A stretch of DNA of 64,000 nucleotides from Candidatus Uhrbacteria bacterium. GTDB lineage: Bacteria; Patescibacteriota; Patescibacteriia; GWA2-47-26. Position 1 is the first letter of the stretch. Each line of letters begins with the position of its first letter. Where the stretch lies: positions 4,891 to 68,890 of the forward strand of contig JACPJN010000009.1 in assembly GCA_016187515.1 (NCBI GenBank), given 5' to 3'. Shown piece after piece: positions 51,078 through 59,820 of this stretch. The translations under genes were made by a program, and so were the position numbers. The notes beneath the pieces were generated by a model that did no database searches, had not been told where the DNA came from, and worked only from the letters and a program-made list of their open reading frames with translations.

Positions 51078-51860
51078 CTACATCTTCCCCGTCCTGGCGT
51101 ATCGCCGCTTCCATGCTAAAAACTTCTTCCACATCAATACATCCTTATGCCACCCGGTTGGATCTTCCAGAAATGCTTGATGAATCTCGTACATTTCGCG
51201 CGACACCAGACCGCGCTTCAAAAGATATGCGATCCACTCACGCCGTGTGTAAAGCGCGTCGTATGTCACACCGCGCCGCTTCAGCTTCTCGACAAATGGT
51301 CGGTTCTTTGGCCACCATGGATTCCAAAGCGTCATCGTATGTTTTACAATCACACCATCACTTTTGCAATCGCGGATCGCCTTGAGAATGGTGCCGCCAA
51401 ATCCGATCACATCATCAACTAGCACTGCCCGCGCGCCCGTTTTGTATTCTCCCTCCACAATCCGCCGTCGGAGCGTCTTCTTCCGCCCCTTGTTCAGGTA
51501 CGCAAATGGAATGCCGGTCTTGAGCGACAGCGCCAACGCCATCGGAATCCCCGCCATCGGAATCCCCACAATCAAATCAACGCCTCGTAAATCAATACCT
51601 CTCCTCCCCCGCCCACCCGGTGGAAAAAAAGTTCCATACTTGGAACTATGGAACTTTTTTGCTTTGGGACCGTTGCGGAGTTGATATTGTTTTAGGATCT
51701 TCGCAAGCTCTTCCACGAACACGCGAAATTCTTTCGGATGCGAATATAACGCCCGACTGTCATTAAAAAACGGCACCAGCGCGCCAGTGGTTGACTGCAC
51801 AAACGGCCCCACATGAATCGGGACTTTTGAAATCGCCTTTAGCGCTCGTAAATTTGCCAT
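51078..51860 (-). CDS. Type I phosphoribosyltransferase (OPRT-like) 1
   Basis: GIPMAGIP, VLVDDVIGFGGT. Confidence 0.82.
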   Translation of the reverse strand: MANLRALKAISKVPIHVGPFVQSTTGALVPFFNDSRALYSHPKEFRVFVEELAKILKQYQLRNGPKAKKFHSSKYGTFFPPGGRGRRGIDLRGVDLIVGIPMAGIPMALALSLKTGIPFAYLNKGRKKTLRRRIVEGEYKTGARAVLVDDVIGFGGTILKAIRDCKSDGVIVKHTMTLWNPWWPKNRPFVEKLKRRGVTYDALYTRREWIAYLLKRGLVSREMYEIHQAFLEDPTGWHKDVLMWKKFLAWKRRYARTGKM

Positions 51861-51943
51861 ACGTCTTCGCCTCCTCCCCCTGATCCCTCACCCTCCCCTC
51901 TCCCTTGGGGAGGGGGTGGCCGGGTGAGGGAGGCGGGGAGGGG

Positions 51944-52702
51944 TTATGAAACTTCCACCCCATGCTCTTTCATAAATTGTACCACAAACTCCTCAATCGG
52001 AACTCCTTCTTTTTTCATCAACTTATACACACGCAAGAGATTCTCTCCCCTTTCCCAATAAGGTCCATCAGAGTTTTTCTGCTCAATCTCACAGAGTTCT
52101 TGCGAAATAACGCCCGCCGCAAGTTGAAGACGCGCAAGTTCAGGATAATCAATTAAATAATGCAAACCAATGCCGCGTTCTTGCAGCCATTCGGCGGCTT
52201 TAAAATTATATGAGGGAATGAGCGGTTTGTTTGGCGGAGTGGGCAGCACTTTTATAAACACCGCGATATCAGTAACTTTAGCTCCGCGCTCTTCCAGTAA
52301 CTTAATTCGCTCCTCTTTCGTACCCCCATAGGCCATCAGATCATCAACTAAAAGCACTCGCACTCCGGCGCTGATAAAATTTACATCACCCACGATAGGG
52401 CTTCGTCCCGGCCGTTTGGGTTTTTCCCGCACAATCACCATTGGCTTTCCGGTCTCCAACGCAATCGCCGTAGCCAGTGTTACGCCTTGCAATTCAATGC
52501 CAGCCACCACATCAATTATGGAAAAATCTATAAGACGGAAAAACTCCTTGGCCATGAGTTTCAAAATTTCCGGCTCTTGGATCACTCCTCGCGACCAATC
52601 CACCGGAATAAACTGCCCTGTGGCCACAATCGTCGGCTTTAACTGAAACAGCGGCTTAAACGTGGCGAGTTTTTGGATGAGTTCTGGGTTTTTGATGTTC
52701 AT
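51944..52702 (-). CDS. Type I phosphoribosyltransferase 2
   Basis: GIELQGV, LLVDDLMAYGGT. Confidence 0.82.
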   Translation of the reverse strand: MNIKNPELIQKLATFKPLFQLKPTIVATGQFIPVDWSRGVIQEPEILKLMAKEFFRLIDFSIIDVVAGIELQGVTLATAIALETGKPMVIVREKPKRPGRSPIVGDVNFISAGVRVLLVDDLMAYGGTKEERIKLLEERGAKVTDIAVFIKVLPTPPNKPLIPSYNFKAAEWLQERGIGLHYLIDYPELARLQLAAGVISQELCEIEQKNSDGPYWERGENLLRVYKLMKKEGVPIEEFVVQFMKEHGVEVS

Positions 52703-52768
52703 ATACTGGACATGCTTAATATACGTTGGCTCTCTAAATTGATTAGTAAAAAAGTTCCATACTTGGAA

Positions 52769-53392
52769 CTATGGAACTTTTTTTGAGTTGCTAGAATTGA
52801 CCTTACCAAGCGGCATCTCCTTCTCCAATTGCTGTTTGCGCCGCGGGCTTTGACGTTCGGCGCGCAAAAGTTCTTCAATGTAGCGAAACACTTCTCGCTT
52901 ACCCTTGCCTGAGACGCGCAATACTTTGAGCGTCTCAAGCATCTGTGCGCGTTGGCGATTATTGGCGGCGCGAATAATCCCCTCCAACAGTCCCTGCGGC
53001 CAATAATAAAGCGGAAAGCGCCGCGCCATTTCGCTTCTGGGCACCGCCGGCATCCATTCAGGTACTTTCATATCCGTTTTGGCCAGTCCGCGTTTCATCA
53101 CCATCCGAAACCCCTCGCCCGCCTGTTGCAGCCATAAATTCACCCGTGCGATGGTCTGCTGGCTAACCTTAAGGTCTTTGCGAATCTGTTCGTATTTTTT
53201 ATCTTTTAAGAGAAGCTTGGCGATTTGCAAGCGCTTCGCCACCATCAAAAGCTCTTGATCAGAGAGAAGATCGCCTAGTATTTTCGCGGCTTCTTCCAGT
53301 TTCTTGACCATTACCATGGACTGGCATAATTCAAGCAGCACTTGCTGTCGCGCTTGTGGGCTCAATTTTTGATAAGGAGTAAACTTTGCCAT
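52769..53392 (-). CDS. TrpR/YerC-YecD-like HTH regulator
   Basis: DLLSDQELLMVAKRLQIAKLL...YEQI...VSQQTIARV. Confidence 0.85.
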   Translation of the reverse strand: MAKFTPYQKLSPQARQQVLLELCQSMVMVKKLEEAAKILGDLLSDQELLMVAKRLQIAKLLLKDKKYEQIRKDLKVSQQTIARVNLWLQQAGEGFRMVMKRGLAKTDMKVPEWMPAVPRSEMARRFPLYYWPQGLLEGIIRAANNRQRAQMLETLKVLRVSGKGKREVFRYIEELLRAERQSPRRKQQLEKEMPLGKVNSSNSKKVP

Positions 53393-53520
53393 ACGCGTTA
53401 TACTTTACTATAAATTAACCTCCAATTCACAGTACTAGGATCTCATCATGTCCCACAAAACTATAATATCACGGAATCGCCAAACGCAAAAGTTCCATAG
53501 TTCCAAGTATGGAACTTTTT

Positions 53521-54246
53521 TTATTGCCTTGCTGATGTAAGTTTGTGGAAACTTTGGTGCAAGACAGCGCTGGGTTCTTTTGATGCTAGCGCGTAAAGCT
53601 TGGACCAATTCCTTGGTTGCCGCACCCATTGATATGGATCCTGAAGATACTTGAGCATCAAATCCGCGAACGCGGGACTGAAAAACTTCTTGCGTTTTGC
53701 AGTGCGGATGCAATCGGCCCAGCCGACAAGCACCTGCACCGGGAACTTTTGTTTCCAAAGCCAGGCGCGCTTGCGCTGCAGAATTTTGGATTGTGTGCCC
53801 TGCCAAGCATCAAGCAACACCGCCATACCAACTACTTCTAAGCCAGCATTTCTCAATGCTAATACGACATATTTTTTAGTATCGGCAGTGGACAGGCCGT
53901 CATCAACAATAACTACCCGCTGACCGCGCGTAAACTCCCCTTCCACTACTTTTTTCAAATGCAATGACTTCGGTTCCGGCCGAATGAACACAAAATTCCT
54001 CTTAAGCGCAAGTGCGACTGGCAAACCCAAAAGAATCCCGCGCACTGCTGGGGCGGCAATTACGTCCGGTTTCCACCGACGCACGCTGCGCGTCATTTCC
54101 CGCACCACTGCCCTAAGTCGCTTCGGATTCGACAAAAATCCAGCTATATCAGGATACATTGGCGCAAGTACGCCAGCTTTGGTTTCGATCTTTCCGACAT
54201 TATGAAAACCTTTATATGCCGTAAGGTTTGCGAGTCGTGAAGACAT
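53521..54246 (-). CDS. Type I phosphoribosyltransferase 3
   Basis: APAVRGI, VVIVDDGLSTADT. Confidence 0.8.
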   Translation of the reverse strand: MSSRLANLTAYKGFHNVGKIETKAGVLAPMYPDIAGFLSNPKRLRAVVREMTRSVRRWKPDVIAAPAVRGILLGLPVALALKRNFVFIRPEPKSLHLKKVVEGEFTRGQRVVIVDDGLSTADTKKYVVLALRNAGLEVVGMAVLLDAWQGTQSKILQRKRAWLWKQKFPVQVLVGWADCIRTAKRKKFFSPAFADLMLKYLQDPYQWVRQPRNWSKLYALASKEPSAVLHQSFHKLTSARQ

Positions 54247-54259
54247 ATTGCAAATCCTA

Positions 54260-54310
54260 GCCATCCTGAGCGAAGCGAAGAGCCTGCCCTGAGCCCGTCG
54301 AAGGGATCTC
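54260..54310. repeat. REP-like element
   Basis: CATCCTGAGCGAAGCGAAG...CCCTGAGCCCGTCGAAGGGATCT; related element at 55083-55161. Confidence 0.55.
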
Positions 54311-54412
54311 GCGCGCATGCGCGACCACCCCTTGACATATTACCGTATTTATGCTATCATACACACAGTTGCTCTTCAACCAACGAACCCCACAACCAAT
54401 GGAGGATAAACC

Positions 54413-55006
54413 ATGCCGCGACTCATGGTACAAGGCGATCGCGACGCGAACGGAATTGAGGACGCCGTGCTCAAACTCGGCAGCATCTGCGGGGAGCGCG
54501 GAATCGGGCTGAACGTTGGCGAGGCCGGCAAAATCGTGCATCTGCTCGCCGAGACCGGCGCGCATGTGCGCGTGCATCAGGCCAAACCCGAGCCGCCCAA
54601 CGTGCCGGAAGGATTCAGAGGCGAGATCGTGAATTGCACCGCCGCGGCGCTTCCTGCGCACACCCACCTGCCCGCGGGGGCGAAGATTGCGCGTGTGGCC
54701 TGGGCCATCCGCCTGGCCTGCCTCGACGACTCGGACGGCTTCATCTTCTTCCCGGGCCGCGAAGGTACGCTGGCCCACCTCGTCCCCATCATGGCCTTCA
54801 TCGCCAAGGGCGAGCGAGACAAGGGCGTGGCCTGTCCCCGCCGCGTGGCGCTCGTGGGATGGAGCGGGCCGCTGATCACTGCGCTCTGCACCCTGTTCAA
54901 CATCTGGCCGACCACGCCCGGTGGAGAGTGGCTCGATTCCTTCGCCAGCGATGAGATGGGCCGTGCCATCTCCTGGCTCACCGCAGGTTTACCCGCCGAG
55001 CGATAG
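54413..55006 (+). CDS. SLOG/LOG-like protein
   Basis: SDGFIFFPGREGTLAHL resembles the LOG PGGxGTxxE motif; own promoter (54332-54360) and GGAGG RBS. Confidence 0.6.
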   Translation: MPRLMVQGDRDANGIEDAVLKLGSICGERGIGLNVGEAGKIVHLLAETGAHVRVHQAKPEPPNVPEGFRGEIVNCTAAALPAHTHLPAGAKIARVAWAIRLACLDDSDGFIFFPGREGTLAHLVPIMAFIAKGERDKGVACPRRVALVGWSGPLITALCTLFNIWPTTPGGEWLDSFASDEMGRAISWLTAGLPAER

Positions 55007-55321
55007 GTGCCACAGCGCCGAATGGCATGCACGGCGGACCCAGAGGCGGGCCTGCCGGCCACTTAGTCCTTTCCCCAAATCCGTCATCTCGAACGCAGTG
55101 AGAGATCTCTTTACCTTCGCATGCCACGCGGAAGAGATTCCTCGCTAGCGCTCGGAATGACGATTAACCGCTCCTTCGTCAACCCACCCGATCGTGCGTC
55201 ATGCGCGATCGGGTGAATTATTTTATACAAGGAATTCCCTCCCTTAAGGTAAGGGAGGGTAGGGTGGGTTATGAATTTCTCGTAACCCCTCCTCGCCTCC
55301 CCTTACCCTAAGGGGAGGAAA

Positions 55322-56062
55322 CTAAAGCCCACTCACATCCACGCCGTGTTTTTGAAAAAACTCCTTGAGCGCTGGCTCTATTTTCACACCTCTCTTTCGC
55401 AAATACGCAGCGCTACGTGTTAAATTTCCTTGGCTGTCGTTGCTAAATGCGCCGGTTTTCAAGCGCGCAACACTCAACGCGTAAAATTCGTCGTCCATAA
55501 CTCCTCCCTCATGTTGCAAACGGCAAAGCTCAGACCATTTGATAAGCGTGACGATCTTGATCCCCCGCTCTTGCAACTCGTGCATCGGTCCTCGCTCACT
55601 CTCCTCCATGTCAAAGTCACCCAAACACGCGATCGCTTCCACTTTGGCGCCGGCATCCTCCAGCAACTTGAGTCCGCCATGTTTATTCTTCCCGCTCGCG
55701 ATCCAATCATCAACCATAAGTACGCTCATTCCTGGTTTGAGGAAGTTGTGTGACCCCATAATCCTTGGCCGTCCCGGCCGTTTCTGGTCTTCCCGCACAA
55801 TCACGAACGGTTTTTTAGTGCGCAAGGAAAGCGCAGTGGTAATAGACACGCCGGAGATCGGCAATGCGGCGAGGAGATCAAATTTCGACACCTCCAGGAC
55901 TTCAAGAAATGCATCCGTGATGAGTGCGAGCGCGGTCGGATCTTGGATCGTCCCCCGCGAAAAATCGAACGGGGTAAAATCAATATTAGTAATTACCGGC
56001 TGCGCGATAATCGCGTTCGGAAAGGTCTTAAGATATTCAAATAATTTTTCTCGCGCAGTCAT
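55322..56062 (-). CDS. Type I phosphoribosyltransferase 4
   Basis: LPISGV, KRPGRPRI, LMVDDWIASGKN. Confidence 0.82.
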   Translation of the reverse strand: MTAREKLFEYLKTFPNAIIAQPVITNIDFTPFDFSRGTIQDPTALALITDAFLEVLEVSKFDLLAALPISGVSITTALSLRTKKPFVIVREDQKRPGRPRIMGSHNFLKPGMSVLMVDDWIASGKNKHGGLKLLEDAGAKVEAIACLGDFDMEESERGPMHELQERGIKIVTLIKWSELCRLQHEGGVMDDEFYALSVARLKTGAFSNDSQGNLTRSAAYLRKRGVKIEPALKEFFQKHGVDVSGL

Positions 56063-57111
56063 ATTTTTGAATTTTCATTAAACAGTATTATTCCCAATGC
56101 CCTAATTTTCTTTTCCCATCTCGGCCATTTTTTAAAGTAAGACCCGCTGCGGCCGTCCGTGCGCGAGACCAGATAAATTCCGGCCCACCTTAACGCGCGG
56201 CGTTTGATGCCATCAACTTCCGTTCGTAACCCCTCCTCGCCTCCCCTTAACCTAAGGGGAGGAAATTGCTTCTCGTATACCCTCCAAAAATCTCTTTGAA
56301 ATTTTTCATTTTCAATTTTTAATTTTGCATTTTTAAGTCCCATCCACATCCAGTGCGCCGTGAGTATTCCACAATCAAACGCGGGATCGTAGGCCACGGT
56401 GTGATCAAAATCAACCATCGAGGCCCTGCCGTGCGGTTTTATAAAAATATTTCGATACACCGGATCGCCCCAAATCCAGGCGCGTGGCGCGCAGTTTACC
56501 TCGCGATAGAAGGCATTTAGCTTTTGCCGCGGCACAAATTTAGCGATCCCCTGCCCCAGCCACCACCCGCCAAAAAAACTGATGATTTTCTTACGCCATG
56601 CCGGAGAGCCGCAACAATCCTGCTTTGTTTCATACGTATTCGCGTGCAGTTTGCCGAATAATCGCCCGAATAACGCCCCCAGTTCCGGATGCACTCGCCC
56701 TTGCTCAAACTCTTCCACGAGCAACGATCCCCCGCCGCCTACATCCGACATCACCAGCACACAGTGTACCGGATCAAAATAATAAATCTCCGGCACATAT
56801 TCCTTCCCCCACAATTTCGCGAGCAATTTCATTATCTGATATTCTCCGCAAATTCGCAGCGGATCCACATAATGCTTCTCGCCCTTGGTTTCCCAGGCCC
56901 TTTTGTTATGCTCCCGCGCCTGCTTCACAAAAAGCACGCGCCTCGTGCGCGGCGTTTTTACCACCACGCGCCAAAGATAATTATTATTGGAATACTTACT
57001 CACCTCATCTCGCTTCAAAATTTCCTCAATCGCGAAGTTAATCCTCGGCTGCACAAAGCTCCGCAGAAACTCGTGGAGATTGTCCTTTGTAATCTCAAAT
57101 TGCCGCCGCAT
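56059..57111 (-). CDS. APH/methylthioribose-kinase-like phosphotransferase
   Basis: LFVKQA, WGDPVYRNIF, VDFDH...DPAFDCG. Confidence 0.72.
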   Translation of the reverse strand: MRRQFEITKDNLHEFLRSFVQPRINFAIEEILKRDEVSKYSNNNYLWRVVVKTPRTRRVLFVKQAREHNKRAWETKGEKHYVDPLRICGEYQIMKLLAKLWGKEYVPEIYYFDPVHCVLVMSDVGGGGSLLVEEFEQGRVHPELGALFGRLFGKLHANTYETKQDCCGSPAWRKKIISFFGGWWLGQGIAKFVPRQKLNAFYREVNCAPRAWIWGDPVYRNIFIKPHGRASMVDFDHTVAYDPAFDCGILTAHWMWMGLKNAKLKIENEKFQRDFWRVYEKQFPPLRLRGGEEGLRTEVDGIKRRALRWAGIYLVSRTDGRSGSYFKKWPRWEKKIRALGIILFNENSKI

Positions 57112-57158
57112 AGTTTTCGGTAAATAGTTCCATACTTGGAACTATGGAACTATTTACT

Positions 57159-58058
57159 TTAGATTTTTGTTAGCCATTGGCCAATAACTCGCGCGAATTC
57201 TTCCAAATGTACTGGCTCGCGAAAAGTGTGCGGGGCGCCGGAGATAATGTGGAGCTCTCTGGTGCCCGGAAGGGCGGCGTAAAGAATTTTTTGATGCTCC
57301 GGCGGACAGGATTCGTCTTTTTCGCCAACCACGAGGAGTGTAGGCATGGTTAAGCGGTCTGTCATTCTCCCACCACCCACTCCCACCCCCTCTTTATCTC
57401 CCCCTCGGGCAGGGGGAGAAAACGGCGCGAGCAAATCGTACTTCAGCCGATCTTCCATATGCGACCAGGGCAGACGTTTAATCGCATCGGGGTTGGAAAC
57501 GCTGTGCGTCGTACGCCATCCGGTTTCTTTCCACTTTCTCCACTCCTCATCCTTGGCATGCCCCTCCATGCTCAATTTCCCAGACACTACCGTCCCAATC
57601 GGCGCGAGCGCTTTTACTTTTTCCGGATGCCGCTCGCCATACAATGCTACGCATAATCCGCCCAAACTGTGCCCGGCCAGCACAAACGGCTCCTGATACC
57701 AAGGTTGTGGTTGGGCAGAACTGTCCCAAAATCTCACGGCCGTGAGATTTTGGGACAATCTCGCGGCCCACCCAATCACATCTTCCAAATCCTCGTAATA
57801 ATTCGTGGTGGTGGCCTCTTCATACTGGCCGTCGCTTTCGCCAAAGGTATTCGTCGTATCAAACCGCACCACCGTATAGCCATGCTCCAAAAATACTTTG
57901 GCCATCACTTCGATGTGGGGTTGTTCCTTAAAGCCGCCCAGTCCGTGCATTACAAAGGCAAGCTTGCCCGACTGATCCGCCTCCGGCGGATGAGCAGGCA
58001 CATCAACTACCACCGCCACCTTTTGTCCCTTGCGATTTTGGATAAACACTTTTTGCAT
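57159..58058 (-). CDS. Alpha/beta hydrolase
   Basis: HGLGG, GHSLGG, GEKD, GAPHTF. Confidence 0.9.
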   Translation of the reverse strand: MQKVFIQNRKGQKVAVVVDVPAHPPEADQSGKLAFVMHGLGGFKEQPHIEVMAKVFLEHGYTVVRFDTTNTFGESDGQYEEATTTNYYEDLEDVIGWAARLSQNLTAVRFWDSSAQPQPWYQEPFVLAGHSLGGLCVALYGERHPEKVKALAPIGTVVSGKLSMEGHAKDEEWRKWKETGWRTTHSVSNPDAIKRLPWSHMEDRLKYDLLAPFSPPARGGDKEGVGVGGGRMTDRLTMPTLLVVGEKDESCPPEHQKILYAALPGTRELHIISGAPHTFREPVHLEEFARVIGQWLTKI

Positions 58059-58063
58059 AGCCA

Positions 58064-58711
58064 CTATTTCTCCGCAATCTCCACTTTCTGCACGAAGACG
58101 GGTACGAGCGGTTTTGAGGACTCGCCGGAAAAGGCGCGGGTTACCGGCGCGGTCGCGATTGTATCCACCACATCCAGGCCGGAGACCACGCGTCCAAAAA
58201 TCACATAGCTTCGCGGAAGCGGATAATCCGCGTGCATGATGAAGAATTGACTGCCATTGGTATTGGGGCCGGCGTTGGCCATCGCAACCGTGCCGCGTAA
58301 GTATGCGCCCGTAAACGGCTCGTCATTAAATTGATACCCGGGCCCGCCGGTGCCATCCCCCTGGGGATCCCCGCCTTGGATCATAAATCCGCGAATCGCC
58401 CGATGAAACGGCGTACCGTTATAAAAACCGCTGCGCGCCAGGTAAACAAAATTATTTACCGTAATCGGGGTCTGGGCCGCGTTCAGCTCAATCGCGATGG
58501 TACCTGCGGAAGTCAAAAGCACTGCGGTATAGGCCTTTGTTTTGTCAATCATCATTGCGGGTTTTGAAAGTGTTTGAGGCATAATGGGTTGATTGGTATT
58601 AGCTTGAGTCAGTGCGGACGGAGGTGTGACAGATGACGTGGTGGCTGGCACCCTACCACATCCGGCACCAGCAAGTATTAAGAGTGAAAATACGGAGAAA
58701 TATTTTTTCAT
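58064..58711 (-). CDS. Cyclophilin-type PPIase lipoprotein
   Basis: Lipobox AGAGC; FHRAIRGFMIQGGDP, NGSQFFI. Confidence 0.95.
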   Translation of the reverse strand: MKKYFSVFSLLILAGAGCGRVPATTSSVTPPSALTQANTNQPIMPQTLSKPAMMIDKTKAYTAVLLTSAGTIAIELNAAQTPITVNNFVYLARSGFYNGTPFHRAIRGFMIQGGDPQGDGTGGPGYQFNDEPFTGAYLRGTVAMANAGPNTNGSQFFIMHADYPLPRSYVIFGRVVSGLDVVDTIATAPVTRAFSGESSKPLVPVFVQKVEIAEK

Positions 58712-58736
58712 ACAACAACAGTAGTGTATTTACGAT

Positions 58737-59072
58737 TTATCGCCCCGCGCGGGCCGCGTAAGCAAAATAATAAAAATATTTATCAAGGTCTTCAAGTGTG
58801 CTGCCGTATTCTTTACCGCCATAATACGCATCGCATACCACTTCGCGCGCACGTGCAATCTCTTTTAAGCGATGCGCTTTTATCCAGCGCGGATCCGCAA
58901 GCGTAAGGTCAAGGAGTTCAAGCGCACGAAATATTGAGTTCTCAAAATATCGAGTATTTTTACCTTGCCAATGGCGTGCGCGACTAATTTCACTCCCCAC
59001 ATTTCCAAGCTGTTCCATAAGTGACAAAGTAAACCATCGCCCGTCTGCCAAATCTTGATGCTGGAAAGACAT
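58737..59072 (-). CDS. Hypothetical helical protein
   Basis: GRWFTLSLMEQLGNVGSEISRA; abuts the upstream gene. Confidence 0.7.
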   Translation of the reverse strand: MSFQHQDLADGRWFTLSLMEQLGNVGSEISRARHWQGKNTRYFENSIFRALELLDLTLADPRWIKAHRLKEIARAREVVCDAYYGGKEYGSTLEDLDKYFYYFAYAARAGR

Positions 59073-59073
59073 A

Positions 59074-59415
59074 CTATGGGGTTACTAACTTATCTACAGC
59101 CGCTTTAATCTGTGTCCGTATTGCTTCACTTTCAACGCCGCGCGAACGATTTCCTTGCCATGGTCGCAGATTAATCATGGAGTCAAATTCAATCCAGGCA
59201 TCCTTGTCCTGTTCCGGATAGATATTAATTCCCCAAAGATTTTCTTGCATTGAACCGGATTCCAAAAGCAACTGCTCTTCATCTGCGTGCATGCTCCCGC
59301 CTACTGCCATAATACCACGCGCAAGATCCACAACCGCCTTTACCATATCTCCAAATCGCTCTTTTGCCAGTTCCGCGAGTTCCGCTTTCGTTATTGATTG
59401 CTCAATAATCTTCAT
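59074..59415 (-). CDS. DUF5674-like protein
   Basis: MVKAVVD, MHADEE..LL..GS.QENLWGIN, DSMINLRP. Confidence 0.75.
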   Translation of the reverse strand: MKIIEQSITKAELAELAKERFGDMVKAVVDLARGIMAVGGSMHADEEQLLLESGSMQENLWGINIYPEQDKDAWIEFDSMINLRPWQGNRSRGVESEAIRTQIKAAVDKLVTP

Positions 59416-59430
59416 TGGAATGTAACTTAA

Positions 59431-59817
59431 TTACTTACGGATAATAAGCTCTCTAATAAAATCCCGACTATTTTTCCTCTTACGCTTGATGACCCGCCGT
59501 TCCGTAATTTTATTTTCCAGTTTGTTCATCGTCGCGACAAACTCTTTTTCCAGATTAATGCCCAGTTCATCCGCGATTATAAGCACGCTCCATAAACAGT
59601 CGGCCAGCTCGTGTTTTAGCGCCGCGCTGACGTCCTCCTCGGCCGAAAACCGCAGGCCCTTCTTCGCCATGATGAGTTTCATCAAATCGCCAACATCCCC
59701 CACTAATCCCTGCGTATATTCGGACGCGCCCCAAACCTTATTCCCTTCGCGGTAATTCAGCTTCGCGTATGCTTTTTTAATCGCTCGCGCGCGTTTGATA
59801 ATCTCGTGAAATTCCAT
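59431..59817 (-). CDS. MazG-like NTP pyrophosphohydrolase
   Basis: GLVGDVGDL, HELADCLW. Confidence 0.8.
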   Translation of the reverse strand: MEFHEIIKRARAIKKAYAKLNYREGNKVWGASEYTQGLVGDVGDLMKLIMAKKGLRFSAEEDVSAALKHELADCLWSVLIIADELGINLEKEFVATMNKLENKITERRVIKRKRKNSRDFIRELIIRK

Positions 59818-59820
59818 ATA

